Notes: generated by a model not told the origin, from the letters alone. 64,000 nucleotides of DNA from Methanomethylovorans hollandica DSM 15978 (GCF_000328665.1 NC_019977.1:496001-560000); one strand, 5' to 3'; shown: positions 10,293 to 20,804, counted from the first letter of the stretch. Translations and numbers: made by a program.

Positions 10293-11394
10293 GGATCACC
10301 TGGGTATACACATTAATTACCTTTCTGGCTATATCAGGCCATTCATATTTTTTAAGCTCTTCATGAGCATTGTCAGATAATTTTGTTCTAAGCTCAGGTT
10401 CATCAATCAGTTTTACTATATATTTTATCAGTTCCTCTTTGTTCTCTGCAAGAAAACCTGTTTTTTCATGAGTAATAATATCCGAAGTCCCACTGTTGTT
10501 TCTTGCTATCACCGGCACCATCTTTGCAAAAGCTTCCAAGATAGCAATGCCGAAAGCTTCATCTTTTGAAGGCATGAGAAAGATATCCGAATTGCCAAGA
10601 AGATAGAAAACCGTTTTTCTAGAAACCTCACCTGTAAATATAAAATTCAGTTCCATGTTCTGTTTTTTCACCTGCTTCTCAAGCTTATCTTTTAAAGGCC
10701 CGTCGCCAACCATCATAAAAAGGAGGTTTTGATGCGCTTCTATGAGTGAAGGCGCAATTTCAACTATAGAATCCACTCCTTTTTTCTTTGTCATTCTGGA
10801 AACATTGGTCACCACGATCCTTCCCTTCTTTTCCAGTTCAATTGGCATGTCGGCTCCATCCGAAGACAATATGTCAATCCCGTTGGGTATCAAGTATACT
10901 GGCTTATTTGACATAATTCTAGTATCTTTTACCACAGCAGAACTCACAGCTATAATAGCATCCGGGTATCTGAGGAAGATCTTACCTGCCAGGTGAAGAG
11001 GGATACGGATGAGCCCTTTTTCTGCGAGGGAGTGATTGGTTATTACAGCAGGTATATTGATGATGCGTGATATCATAAGTGAAGAGATCGCAAGTGGAGA
11101 ATCCAATCCATGTGCATGGATAATGTCATATTCTCCATTTTTTATTATGTCGTAGAGTTCTTTATAGGCTCCGGGAGACAGAAAACGTTTTGTAAGTTCT
11201 CTTTCCCTCAATCTTATTACTGTAACTTCTTTTATAGGAGCAAAAGACTGAAGTTGGTCATATCTTCTGGTTATGATATGCACTTCATGTCCCTGGGCTA
11301 CAAAGTTCCTGGCAAGTGAATCAATTGCATATTCTATACCTCCTATTTTTGGATAATACCAATCGCTTACGAGTGCGATCTTGAATTTCTCCAG
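10267..11394 (-). CDS. GT4 glycosyltransferase (PigA-like N-terminus); probable CTG start
   Basis: Frame extends 37 codons above the ORF-track start and gives KIALVSDWYYPKIGGIE; EAFGIAILEA motif; GGAGG precedes CTG at 11394 with an in-frame TAA just upstream. Confidence 0.88.
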   Translation of the reverse strand: MEKFKIALVSDWYYPKIGGIEYAIDSLARNFVAQGHEVHIITRRYDQLQSFAPIKEVTVIRLRERELTKRFLSPGAYKELYDIIKNGEYDIIHAHGLDSPLAISSLMISRIINIPAVITNHSLAEKGLIRIPLHLAGKIFLRYPDAIIAVSSAVVKDTRIMSNKPVYLIPNGIDILSSDGADMPIELEKKGRIVVTNVSRMTKKKGVDSIVEIAPSLIEAHQNLLFMMVGDGPLKDKLEKQVKKQNMELNFIFTGEVSRKTVFYLLGNSDIFLMPSKDEAFGIAILEAFAKMVPVIARNNSGTSDIITHEKTGFLAENKEELIKYIVKLIDEPELRTKLSDNAHEELKKYEWPDIARKVINVYTQVIHEKNCYHN

Positions 11395-12308
11395 AGTTTA
11401 AAACCTCCAAATTTGACCAGGAATATAGAACCAATTAGACTTGCTAAAATATAAGAAATAAACCTTTCTATTACAACGATTCCCGCGGCTGGAGCCACGG
11501 ATATTCCAAAGAAGCTCAGTGCCGCTATTAGACCACCTTCCACGACCCCTAAACCTCCCGTTGTAAGGGGTATGGACCCCAATATCATGTAGAGAAGAGA
11601 TATCAGTACAATGACTTTGAAAGGCAACTGTAAACCTAAAGATAATGTAATGAACTTAAACCTGAAGATATCTAGCACCCATACACTACTGGATAGAAAC
11701 AATGTTGGGTAAAAGACTGTTTTAAGTTTGGAGCAATATTTTTTAGAACCTTCTATGTAATTGTATATCTTATGTCTTAGCAGATATGCCAGGAATACCA
11801 GAACAAAAGGTATAGCTGCTAGATAGGCCATGTTTGAGAGCAATGGATGAATGTTCTGGATGAAAGGCAGTACGGTATAGATTACATAAATCATCATCAC
11901 TAATACAGGTATTGCTTCTACTGATCTTTCGAAAAGTATTGATATAAAAGCATCCGAATACTTGACTCCAAAATCCTTTTTGACCCAGAACATCCTCAAA
12001 GGTTCGCCTCCGGCTCTGTTCGCGGGTGTAAGGTTGTTAATAGGAATAGCACCGAATATCACAGGAAATAACTGTGTAGTTTTTAAATCATATCCCAATG
12101 CATTGAGAACGATTTTCCATCTTTCAGCAAAAATGTATACACTTAACAAATAAAGGGCTAGTGCAATGATTACATCTTTTATATTTGCATTTTCTAGATT
12201 ATGGAATAATACTGCAGCCTCAGGTAGGAGTTCATTTCTGTAATTGAATATGAGTACAATTAATAGTAATAGAATTATGAATTTGAACATCCTCTTGTAG
12301 TTATTCAT
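11367..12308 (-). CDS. LPG-synthase TM / flippase-like protein (UPF0104, AglD2-like)
   Basis: RW, NNLTPA.RAGGEP, FER, GGLGVVEG, ERFISY. Confidence 0.9.
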   Translation of the reverse strand: MNNYKRMFKFIILLLLIVLIFNYRNELLPEAAVLFHNLENANIKDVIIALALYLLSVYIFAERWKIVLNALGYDLKTTQLFPVIFGAIPINNLTPANRAGGEPLRMFWVKKDFGVKYSDAFISILFERSVEAIPVLVMMIYVIYTVLPFIQNIHPLLSNMAYLAAIPFVLVFLAYLLRHKIYNYIEGSKKYCSKLKTVFYPTLFLSSSVWVLDIFRFKFITLSLGLQLPFKVIVLISLLYMILGSIPLTTGGLGVVEGGLIAALSFFGISVAPAAGIVVIERFISYILASLIGSIFLVKFGGFKLWRNSRSHS

Positions 12309-12521
12309 CCAGTCCTCTTTACAAAAATGCCAATAGTAAATCTAGTACGCTTGTTTATTATTGTAATTATATCTAATCACTCTGGATTGTGGGATTTCAG
12401 ACGGTTTTTAAATAGCTCTTAACCTCCTACACTGATGTATGGCCCTCTATAGTTATCTTGGGATTGTATTATATTAGTTGGGGAACATAACCTTTTGTTA
12501 ATCTTACAATATTCTTCAAGT

Positions 12522-15041
12522 ATGAACAATCACACTCTCCCATTTTGGAGTTTTAAGACTTCAGAGATGCTTCAAAAACTTGAAGCAACATCTAAAGGCT
12601 TGACCAGTGAGCAAGCTCAGCGGCGCCTGTCGCTTTATGGTGCCAACCTATTGAAGCCTTCAAAAAGGTCTGACTCTTTAACGATCCTGCTTGGTCAATT
12701 CAGAAGCCCTATTATACTCATCCTTCTCTTTGCAGCCGGATTGTCGTTCTTCCTTCATGATCCAGCAGATGCTCTAATCATTTTTATTATTGTACTGATC
12801 AGCGGTCTTCTGGGTTTCTGGCAGGAAAAAGGTGCAGCAAACGTTTTTGAGAAATTGGTTGCTACCGTACAAATAAAATCTACAGTTTTCCGTGATGGGA
12901 AAGAAACAGAGGTGCCAGTGGGTGGGATAGTACCTGGCGATATTGTGGTCATAAATGCTGGAGATATAATACCTGCTGACTGTCTTATACTGGAATCGAG
13001 AGATCTGTTTGTCAATGAAGCTACCCTTACAGGTGAAACTTTTCCAGTAGAAAAAGATGTAAAGGTATTGGAAGCAGGAACTCCTCTTGGCCAACGTGTG
13101 AACTCTCTGTGGATGGGAACGAATGTAGTCAGTGGAAGTGCAAATGTGCTGGTTGTGCACACTGGCAAGGAAACGGAGTTCGGTGAAATTTCCGAAAGAC
13201 TGAAACTAAGGCCGGATGAAACAGAATTTGAAAAAGGTGTCATGAGATTTGGCTATTTCCTTATGGAAGTTACCCTTCTAATGGTCATATCTATATTTGC
13301 AATAAATGTTTATCTGGCGCGTCCTATTCTGGATTCCTTTCTATTTTCACTAGCTCTTGCTGTGGGGCTGACTCCACAATTATTACCAGCTATCATCAGC
13401 GTTAATCTGTCCCATGGAGCTAAGCGCATGGCGCACAGGAAGGTCATAGTCAAAAAACTTTCCTCCATTGAGAATTTGGGTAGTATGAATTTGTTATGTT
13501 GCGATAAGACCGGAACATTGACCTCAGGGGTACTAAAAGTACACTCAGCTTGTGATATAGCTGGCCATGAAAGTGACAAGGTTCTCTTATATGCTTATCT
13601 CAATGCCTATTATCAAACTGGTTTCGATAATCCTATTGATCAGGCTATCATTGCTGCACGCCAGTTCGACCTTGCTGGCTATCAGAAGCTTGATGAAGTG
13701 CCATATGATTTTATCCGTAAGCGTTTGAGTGTGCTGTTCACAAAGGACGGTACACATCATATGGTCACCAAAGGTGCACTTGGGAACATACTTGAAGTCT
13801 GTTCCTCGGCTGAAGTTGTTGATGGCAGCATTGTGGAGATCTCGGAGGTACGTAGCGAACTTCAACAAAAGTTTGAACAATTTAGTAATAAGGGTCTGCG
13901 AACACTGGGTCTTGCTTATAGGAATTTGGGTTCAGAGTCAGTTATTAGTAAAGACAGTGAAGCTGAAATGACATTTTTGGGATTCATATTCCTTTTTGAT
14001 CCACCAAAACCTAACATCACTGAAACCATTAAGAGCATGGAACAGCTTGGCGTTGAATTGAAGTTGATTACGGGGGATAATAAGCTGGTAGCAGGTAATG
14101 TCGGCCAGCAAATTGGATTGTCAAGCTCTAAGATTGTTACTGGCACTGAACTTCGGCAAATGAGCGATGAAGCTCTTCTCAAGCAGGTCAATAGTGTAAA
14201 TATCTTTGTTGAGGTAGATCCTAATCAGAAAGAGCGTATCATTCTTGCTCTACGGAAAAATGGAAATGTTGTGGGGTATATTGGTGACGGTATTAATGAC
14301 GCTTCTGCACTCCATGCCGCAGATGTTGGAATATCCGTGGATAGTGCTGTTGATGTTGCTAAAGAAGCAGCGGATATTGTTCTTCTTGAAAAGGACCTTG
14401 GTGTTCTCGTTGAAGGTGTGAAAGAAGGACGGGTGACTTTTGCCAACACTCTGAAATATGTATTCATGGCTACGAGTGCAAATTTCGGGAATATGTTTAG
14501 CATGGCGGGAATATCCGTTTTTCTTCCTTTTCTCCCTTTATTGCCAAAGCAGATCCTTCTCATCAATCTATTAACCGATCTTCCTGAAATGACCATTGCT
14601 ACTGATAGCGTAGATATTGAAATGGTAAAATTTCCACGGCGCTGGGATGTTGCTTTCATTCGTAAGTTCATGTTAACATTTGGGTTTGTAAGTTCGGTAT
14701 TCGATTATCTTACTTTTGGCGTACTTTTGTTGTTATTACCGGGGATGACAGATCAGTTCAGAACAGGCTGGTTTTTAGAGTCAGTCATTTCCGCCTCACT
14801 GATCGTGCTTGTCATTAGAAGTCGCAAGCCTTTCTTCAAGAGCAAACCAGGGAAATATCTGTCTATTGCCACACTTCTGACGATTGTAACTGCGTTGCTG
14901 TTCCCCATTACTCCCTTAGCGGGACTCTTTAATTTTGAACCACTATCCTTTTCCACGATATTTATACTCGGAATTGTTGTGTTCTTATATATCGTAACAG
15001 CAGAAGTGATGAAAAGTTTCTTTTACAGTAGGGTAAAATAA
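12522..15041 (+). CDS. mgtA: Mg2+-importing P-type ATPase
   Basis: TGE, LAVGLTPQLLP, DKTGTLT, ITGDN, GDGIND, SANFGNMFSM and FRTGWFLES (P3B signatures). Confidence 0.92.
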   Translation: MNNHTLPFWSFKTSEMLQKLEATSKGLTSEQAQRRLSLYGANLLKPSKRSDSLTILLGQFRSPIILILLFAAGLSFFLHDPADALIIFIIVLISGLLGFWQEKGAANVFEKLVATVQIKSTVFRDGKETEVPVGGIVPGDIVVINAGDIIPADCLILESRDLFVNEATLTGETFPVEKDVKVLEAGTPLGQRVNSLWMGTNVVSGSANVLVVHTGKETEFGEISERLKLRPDETEFEKGVMRFGYFLMEVTLLMVISIFAINVYLARPILDSFLFSLALAVGLTPQLLPAIISVNLSHGAKRMAHRKVIVKKLSSIENLGSMNLLCCDKTGTLTSGVLKVHSACDIAGHESDKVLLYAYLNAYYQTGFDNPIDQAIIAARQFDLAGYQKLDEVPYDFIRKRLSVLFTKDGTHHMVTKGALGNILEVCSSAEVVDGSIVEISEVRSELQQKFEQFSNKGLRTLGLAYRNLGSESVISKDSEAEMTFLGFIFLFDPPKPNITETIKSMEQLGVELKLITGDNKLVAGNVGQQIGLSSSKIVTGTELRQMSDEALLKQVNSVNIFVEVDPNQKERIILALRKNGNVVGYIGDGINDASALHAADVGISVDSAVDVAKEAADIVLLEKDLGVLVEGVKEGRVTFANTLKYVFMATSANFGNMFSMAGISVFLPFLPLLPKQILLINLLTDLPEMTIATDSVDIEMVKFPRRWDVAFIRKFMLTFGFVSSVFDYLTFGVLLLLLPGMTDQFRTGWFLESVISASLIVLVIRSRKPFFKSKPGKYLSIATLLTIVTALLFPITPLAGLFNFEPLSFSTIFILGIVVFLYIVTAEVMKSFFYSRVK

Positions 15042-15084
15042 AAGGCAGAAACGTGAAAACAAAGTGTCAAATATTCTCTTTTAC

Positions 15085-15209
15085 CAATGAAAGGAGTTGT
15101 TGTCGTAGAATAATTAGCTAGACATGGTAACAAGATGAGAAGAAATGGTCTGATATTGCAACGGCTCTGGTGGAGCTTGTTTAGAATTAGCCAGAGAATG
15201 CGAAGATAT
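15085..15209 (+). repeat. 125-bp direct repeat, copy 1, including a cupredoxin 3'-end remnant
   Basis: Matches 22066-22190; 15129-15209 is identical to 22110-22190; encodes MKGVVVVE*. Confidence 0.9.
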
Positions 15210-15328
15210 TGATTAAAAGTGTTTGAGATATTCCCTTTCTTTTTTTGATGGTACTGCCAAATGTGAATAATACAGGGCTTCAAATCAATTTACTTTCGGA
15301 AATACTTATTTGCTGGGATATAAGTTTC

Positions 15329-16264
15329 TTAGAACAATTTTTTTCTCAACATAACCACAGATAACACAACTGAGACCCACGTCGAGATCATGAAAATGAT
15401 TAGAAAAGCATGAGGATTATTTCCAAAGGGTACATCTACATTCATACCAAAAAAACTTGCGACCATCGTTGGAATTGATATAATTATTGTAATAGATGTT
15501 AGAAATTTCATAACCATATTTAGATTATTAGATATTACTGACGCATAAGCATCCATTGTTCCAGTTAAGATGTTACTATAAATATTAGCCATTTCGATAG
15601 CCTGCTTATTTTCGATAATGACATCTTCAAGTAATTCGATATCATCCGGGTACATCTTGATGAGATTGGCTTTATGGATCTTCTCAAGTACTATTTCATT
15701 GCCTTTTAATGATGTGGAGAAATAAACAAGGCTTTTTTCAAGTTCTAACAGCTGGATCAATTCTTCATTTTTTAGAGATTTGTGCAGCTTGCTCTCGATA
15801 ACATCACTTGTTTTGTCAATGTTTCTAAGATATTGGAGGTAATCCCTGGAGCTTCGGTATAGTATTTGTAGTAAGAAGCGTGTTTTTTTGGAGGTGTGGA
15901 ATGATTTGACTTTGTTCTCTAAAAATCTTGTTATGACGGAGTTTTCTCTAAGGGAGACAGTGACAACGTTGTCATTATTGATTATAACTCCAAGTGGAAT
16001 TGTATAATATATTCCTTTTTTTGATGTATCTTTGCTTGCAACAGGAATATCTATCAACACAACGGTACACTCTTCGTCCACTTCAATTCTGGCACGTTCC
16101 TCTTCATCCAAAGCAGCTTTAAGATGTTCAAGAGGAATTTTCAGATTTTCAGAAATAGTAGTAATTTCATCTTCAGTGGGATTTACAAGATTTATCCATG
16201 ATCCTTTTTCAACTTTATCGAGACTAATTATCTCATTTTCCATTGACTTGTAAATATTAAGCAT
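15329..16264 (-). CDS. corA: CorA-family Mg2+ transporter
   Basis: WINLVNP, ALDEEE, LEKSLVYF, FFGMNV. Confidence 0.92.
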   Translation of the reverse strand: MLNIYKSMENEIISLDKVEKGSWINLVNPTEDEITTISENLKIPLEHLKAALDEEERARIEVDEECTVVLIDIPVASKDTSKKGIYYTIPLGVIINNDNVVTVSLRENSVITRFLENKVKSFHTSKKTRFLLQILYRSSRDYLQYLRNIDKTSDVIESKLHKSLKNEELIQLLELEKSLVYFSTSLKGNEIVLEKIHKANLIKMYPDDIELLEDVIIENKQAIEMANIYSNILTGTMDAYASVISNNLNMVMKFLTSITIIISIPTMVASFFGMNVDVPFGNNPHAFLIIFMISTWVSVVLSVVMLRKKLF

Positions 16265-16955
16265 GAAAGTCTCCTTACATTATAAAGAAGAAAGTTACTT
16301 CCGTCTTACTCTGTATTATAGTATTAGTTATTATATAATTTAACACTTATATTAAGTCACATCAATACATATATTCTTTTCTTTAGAAACAATCTGTCAG
16401 TGGCTATAAGACTCCTGCTAAATGTAAGACTTGCAGTGAACTTGATATCTGCAAGTTGAGTAGCATGAGGTTTGTGGATATAGGTGAGTACAAGCAATAA
16501 GTTGTAATGTTAGTGTTCACTTTCATATGGAAATTTTATTCAGCCGATGACACAAATAGAGGCTGGTGGAAAAATCCCATTTTTTCATTTCCAATGATTT
16601 TCCCGACAAGGATACTTCTGTATATTGTAGTAGACCTTATTATGATTAATTTAGTAGTATTGTAATTGCATCAAAATTTGCCATTAAGTCTTGTCTTTCT
16701 TCTAACTCTCATTTAAATAGTATTATCAGTTCGAGCTATGGCATTTTGGGTTCCCGTATATAAACTAAAATGGTAAATTGGTCTACAAATTTAGTCCTTA
16801 GTTATTGATGGCCTTTTGAAGATCGGAGAGATGGGAGGCATTAGTTTAAAATCAAAAGTAAAAATATGTATAAATGGCTTATTAAGAATGTCCGGTTCCA
16901 TTTAAACAATACCATTCATCTCAAATGTATCAGTCATGTATCCATGAGAAAGTTG

Positions 16956-17660
16956 TCATATAAGGAACAAGTGCATATATGCCCCTATAATAAAATTTAC
17001 CACCCACAAAATTAAAAGAATCTGCATGTTTGATTTCCTTTTCCAATTTCTTTTGAGTTTCCAATCTCGTCTATTGATCACAAATATAAATCCCATGATC
17101 AAAATCATGATTCCTATCAAGGAATGTATTAGAACCAGAGGAGAAACTGATTGAGAGACTATGCGGGTTCTTGTGAAATAGATCATATAAGGAACAGACA
17201 ATGCTACCAGCACATATGCTGATGTAGATATTATATCATGTTTTTTGAATTTCTCTTTTATTGACTTGCCTAGTAATAAGGAAAAAAACCCGATATTTAT
17301 AAGACACACAGCTATTATTTGTAAATCAAAAGAAATAGACATTAATTTGCCAGTGTTTATACCAAACATATTACTAGACGTGTTGCTGGAATTACCAAAT
17401 TCACTCCAATGAGCTGCAAAATACGCGATGGTCCAAACTAAAAGTATAAAATAAATCACATAAAGAAAAGTAGTGACTGGGCCATGAGATTCAGCTATCA
17501 CCCCACCAAAATCTTCTGCATGGGAATTTGCATCTTCCAGTGAGTAATGGTCCTGGTTCTTTGCACTCAGCCAGATCAATATTAAACTTGATAGCACGAC
17601 CAGGATGGTCAGCCATACAAAAGAATTCACGTAGGCTGCATATTCAATTGTGAAGCTCAT
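16956..17660 (-). CDS. Membrane protein with CcoP-N-terminus-like segment fused to a DUF420-like 4-TM domain
   Basis: HAEDFGGVIAESHGPV...VW.IAY resembles FixP_N; His-containing TM helices follow; overlaps the ccoS stop. Confidence 0.55.
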   Translation of the reverse strand: MSFTIEYAAYVNSFVWLTILVVLSSLILIWLSAKNQDHYSLEDANSHAEDFGGVIAESHGPVTTFLYVIYFILLVWTIAYFAAHWSEFGNSSNTSSNMFGINTGKLMSISFDLQIIAVCLINIGFFSLLLGKSIKEKFKKHDIISTSAYVLVALSVPYMIYFTRTRIVSQSVSPLVLIHSLIGIMILIMGFIFVINRRDWKLKRNWKRKSNMQILLILWVVNFIIGAYMHLFLI

Positions 17661-17842
17661 ATTTTCTCACCTTTCTGATTTAGATTATCTTCCGTTAACT
17701 GGCCAGGAAGCTCAATCATCCGGTATTTTGCTTCTTCGATATCTACGAATTGCCCTGTTTTGATTCCCCATATCAAAAAACCAAGAAAAATGAGGAATAA
17801 TAAAAATGCTGTAATGAACAGCGCTAAATTATACTCGTTCAT
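17657..17842 (-). CDS. ccoS: cbb3 oxidase maturation protein CcoS/FixS
   Basis: TM segment followed by WGIKTGQFVDIEEAKYRM. Confidence 0.85.
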   Translation of the reverse strand: MNEYNLALFITAFLLFLIFLGFLIWGIKTGQFVDIEEAKYRMIELPGQLTEDNLNQKGEKI

Positions 17843-17847
17843 TCACT

Positions 17848-20712
17848 TCAACTCCTCATGTTTCTTGCAAAGTTATCCTTATAGAGTGGTCCCCACTTGG
17901 CATTATAGTCATCTGATGCGGAAAAGTTTTGGACATAGAAGATTGTCCTATATATCTCATCATCACTTAGAGAATACTTCCATGGAGGCATGTTCGTAGT
18001 TTCCACTCCTTCCCTTACTTTCCAGACATATTGCCCGTAGTATTCGAAATCACCTCCGGATTCTGTGAAATTAGCGGGCTCTGGATCAATGTATCCTCCT
18101 GGAGTCAGAATAGATGCAACACCATCTCCATGGCCCTTCTCACCATGGCACTGGGCGCAATACAGATTAAAGATATTTTGCCCCATCTCAAACTGATCAT
18201 GTGTTCCATTGATAGGCGGTAAGATGTTAGTCCGGTTAGAGAAGTCAATAGCCTCAGCATCTGAAATGTCACCACTTATTGTTCTTATTGAGCCCGATGC
18301 AAAGCTCAATTCGTAAAGATTTATCTTCCATATTTCGGTTTCGTTGACACTCAGCTTCCAGCTTGGCATTGCCGTACCTGGTACACCTTCACTCACTCTC
18401 CAGAAATGATAGGATTCACCTAGTTCCGGCATGTAGCTTAATATCCTTTCATGGAGATTAGCAGGCTGGGTCACAACATGTCTTGCATAAGGTCCCTGGG
18501 CATTTCCCGAACAACCATGGCAGGCCAGACAGCGTTGTGTATAGGCTTTCTTACCATCTTCAAAGATAGACCCAAACTCCACTCCTGTAGCTTCGTCTCC
18601 TGTATATGTCTGATTATCAAAACTATAATTTTGCGTTACAGCCGAGATGTAAGTAGTGTATGGCTGCTGTTTGTCCCGATACTCATACGGTACTTCAGGA
18701 TGGAATCCCATCACACTAAGATTATATGTTCCAAGGTTTTGAACATATGCAACCAGAGAATCGAGCTCTGTATCGGAAAGGAATCCGAAAGGAGGCATAA
18801 TTGAACTCGGGCTGGTTGTCCTTGCATCCCGGTCATGAAGATAATGCCATTCTGTAGGCCTCATACCTCCTATCTGTGAAAGATCTGGACCGGTACGCTC
18901 TGTTCCTAGTAAATGGGGGGAATCATAATAATAGTCACCTTGTTCGGAAACCCTTCCGATAGCCCAGTCTTGAGGTCTTACGAATTGTGAATGGCAATAG
19001 ACGCAACCCATTTCTTTGTACAACTCCCTACCGTGTGCCTCCTCTATTGTATAAGGATGTGCAAAGTCCGAAGGAGTCACAGTGTCCAGGTTAAGTGCTG
19101 GCATAGCAACGACCATCCAGGTCATCAGCATGAAAAGGCTCATTCCACCCACTACTATTATAGGCATGCTCATAGCATGCTGAGATCTTCTCTGGATATT
19201 TGAATGCGGCCTGGAACTTTTCTCATGAGATGTATGGAATCTCTCTTCTTCAACATGAGGCTCCTTTGATCTTGCAAAGGTCATCAGCGTATTGTATGCA
19301 AATACATATCCAGCCAACACAACCATTCCACCGCCCATAGCTCTGGCCACATACCAGAACTGCAGAAGTTTTAAAACAGGGGCAACTGTGATGTTCTGGT
19401 ACCAGGCAGAATTGGCCACAAGCCCTGCTATTGTCATAGCACTGAAGAACAGAATGAAGCCGATAAAAGCGAGCCACCAACTGAGACTCATTAGCCTGTT
19501 ACTGTATATTTTGGTCCTGGTTATTTTTGGTATCAGCCAGTACATCATTCCTATTGCCAGGAATCCAAAACCTCCAAGTATTGCCAGATGGGCATGTCCG
19601 ACCGGCCACTGGGAGAAGTGAAGGAAGGAATTAGTTCCCCTCAGTCCTTGGAAACTTCCCTGTATAGAAGTAAGAACATAAAAGATGAATCCTGTTACGA
19701 CGAACCTGAATGGGATATCCTTTGTGAAGTTATCCCAGGAACCCCGCAGCGTCATTCCGAGGTTGACCATGAATGTTATAACAGGCACTAACATCAAAAT
19801 GCTCATAACTACTGCAATTGTCTTTACCCACTCGGGTATTGGTGTTTGCAGCAGATGATGGCCTCCTACACCGGTATAGAAGAATGCAATGGTGAAGAAG
19901 CTAATCACCGAAAGAAGATGGCTGTACAGGGGCCTGTTTATCATGCGTGGCACTGCATAGTACCAGGTTGCTATTCCCAACGTAGTGAACCAGAGTCCCA
20001 GGACATTATGACCGTAGTACCAGTTGAATATCGAATCTGTTATGCCTTCCAAGGATCCCGAAGGAGGTCTCCACATGACATTGCCTATGAAATAGACTAT
20101 AGGGAACCAGATGAATGTGGCTGTGTAGTACCAGGTTGATACATAGAGTTTTTTCTCGACCCTTCGGCCAAGAGTGGATAGAATGTTGTACAGGATCAGT
20201 AGGAGTGTCAGCATTATTAGGACATCTACAGACCAGGGAAGTTCTGCATATTCCCTGCCTTGGGTATCGCCAAAGAACAAGATCAGTATTATTCCTGCCA
20301 GGAGGGCAAAGTTCCATAACACGGCAGAAAGCTTGGCCAACCTGGCATTATAGATGGGAGTATTGACAAGTCGTGGGATAGCCCAGAACATTCCGCCTAT
20401 CAGACCTGAAGAAACGAATCCAAAAAGCACACCGTTCACATGGGCAGGTCTTATCCGTCCAAATGTCAGAAAAGCAGCATCACTTAAAAAATATGGCTGG
20501 AAGAACTTAACGGCCAGTATAAAACCGAGAGTGGCAAATATAGGAAACCATATCAGTGACCCCAAAAACCAGTATTTAACAGCATCGTCACCTTCAATAA
20601 ACCTGTCGGCAATGTTTTCTTCTCTATTACTATTTACTTTAGTTTCATCTTGAGAAGACAATGCATCTTCTTTCTGTATACCGTCTTTATATACCACAAT
20701 ATACAACTCCAT
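17848..20712 (-). CDS. cbb3-type heme-copper oxidase: CcoN-CcoO-diheme cytochrome c (CcoP-like) fusion
   Basis: FGRIRPAH.N, GREYAE, WYYGHN, FY..VGGHHL, GHAH; CVYCHSQFVRP and GTERTGPDL; CLACH and CAQCH each with a downstream MP motif. Confidence 0.93.
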   Translation of the reverse strand: MELYIVVYKDGIQKEDALSSQDETKVNSNREENIADRFIEGDDAVKYWFLGSLIWFPIFATLGFILAVKFFQPYFLSDAAFLTFGRIRPAHVNGVLFGFVSSGLIGGMFWAIPRLVNTPIYNARLAKLSAVLWNFALLAGIILILFFGDTQGREYAELPWSVDVLIMLTLLLILYNILSTLGRRVEKKLYVSTWYYTATFIWFPIVYFIGNVMWRPPSGSLEGITDSIFNWYYGHNVLGLWFTTLGIATWYYAVPRMINRPLYSHLLSVISFFTIAFFYTGVGGHHLLQTPIPEWVKTIAVVMSILMLVPVITFMVNLGMTLRGSWDNFTKDIPFRFVVTGFIFYVLTSIQGSFQGLRGTNSFLHFSQWPVGHAHLAILGGFGFLAIGMMYWLIPKITRTKIYSNRLMSLSWWLAFIGFILFFSAMTIAGLVANSAWYQNITVAPVLKLLQFWYVARAMGGGMVVLAGYVFAYNTLMTFARSKEPHVEEERFHTSHEKSSRPHSNIQRRSQHAMSMPIIVVGGMSLFMLMTWMVVAMPALNLDTVTPSDFAHPYTIEEAHGRELYKEMGCVYCHSQFVRPQDWAIGRVSEQGDYYYDSPHLLGTERTGPDLSQIGGMRPTEWHYLHDRDARTTSPSSIMPPFGFLSDTELDSLVAYVQNLGTYNLSVMGFHPEVPYEYRDKQQPYTTYISAVTQNYSFDNQTYTGDEATGVEFGSIFEDGKKAYTQRCLACHGCSGNAQGPYARHVVTQPANLHERILSYMPELGESYHFWRVSEGVPGTAMPSWKLSVNETEIWKINLYELSFASGSIRTISGDISDAEAIDFSNRTNILPPINGTHDQFEMGQNIFNLYCAQCHGEKGHGDGVASILTPGGYIDPEPANFTESGGDFEYYGQYVWKVREGVETTNMPPWKYSLSDDEIYRTIFYVQNFSASDDYNAKWGPLYKDNFARNMRS

Positions 20713-20804
20713 TAAAGAATTTGTCTAGGCAGGTTTTAGAAATTAAACCTCCACAGCCTCAATTCCCCATTAAAAGTGGGATGTCCTTCTATTAAAGAAT
20801 ATCT

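Noticed and set aside
10267..11283. GT4 as a 5'-truncated pseudogene
   Set aside because: The N-terminal motif is intact in frame upstream and is explained by a CTG start
16801..16814. TTGATGGCCT resembling the right TIR of the IS at 55041-56315
   Set aside because: Only about 10 bp match, with no partner end or transposase remnant
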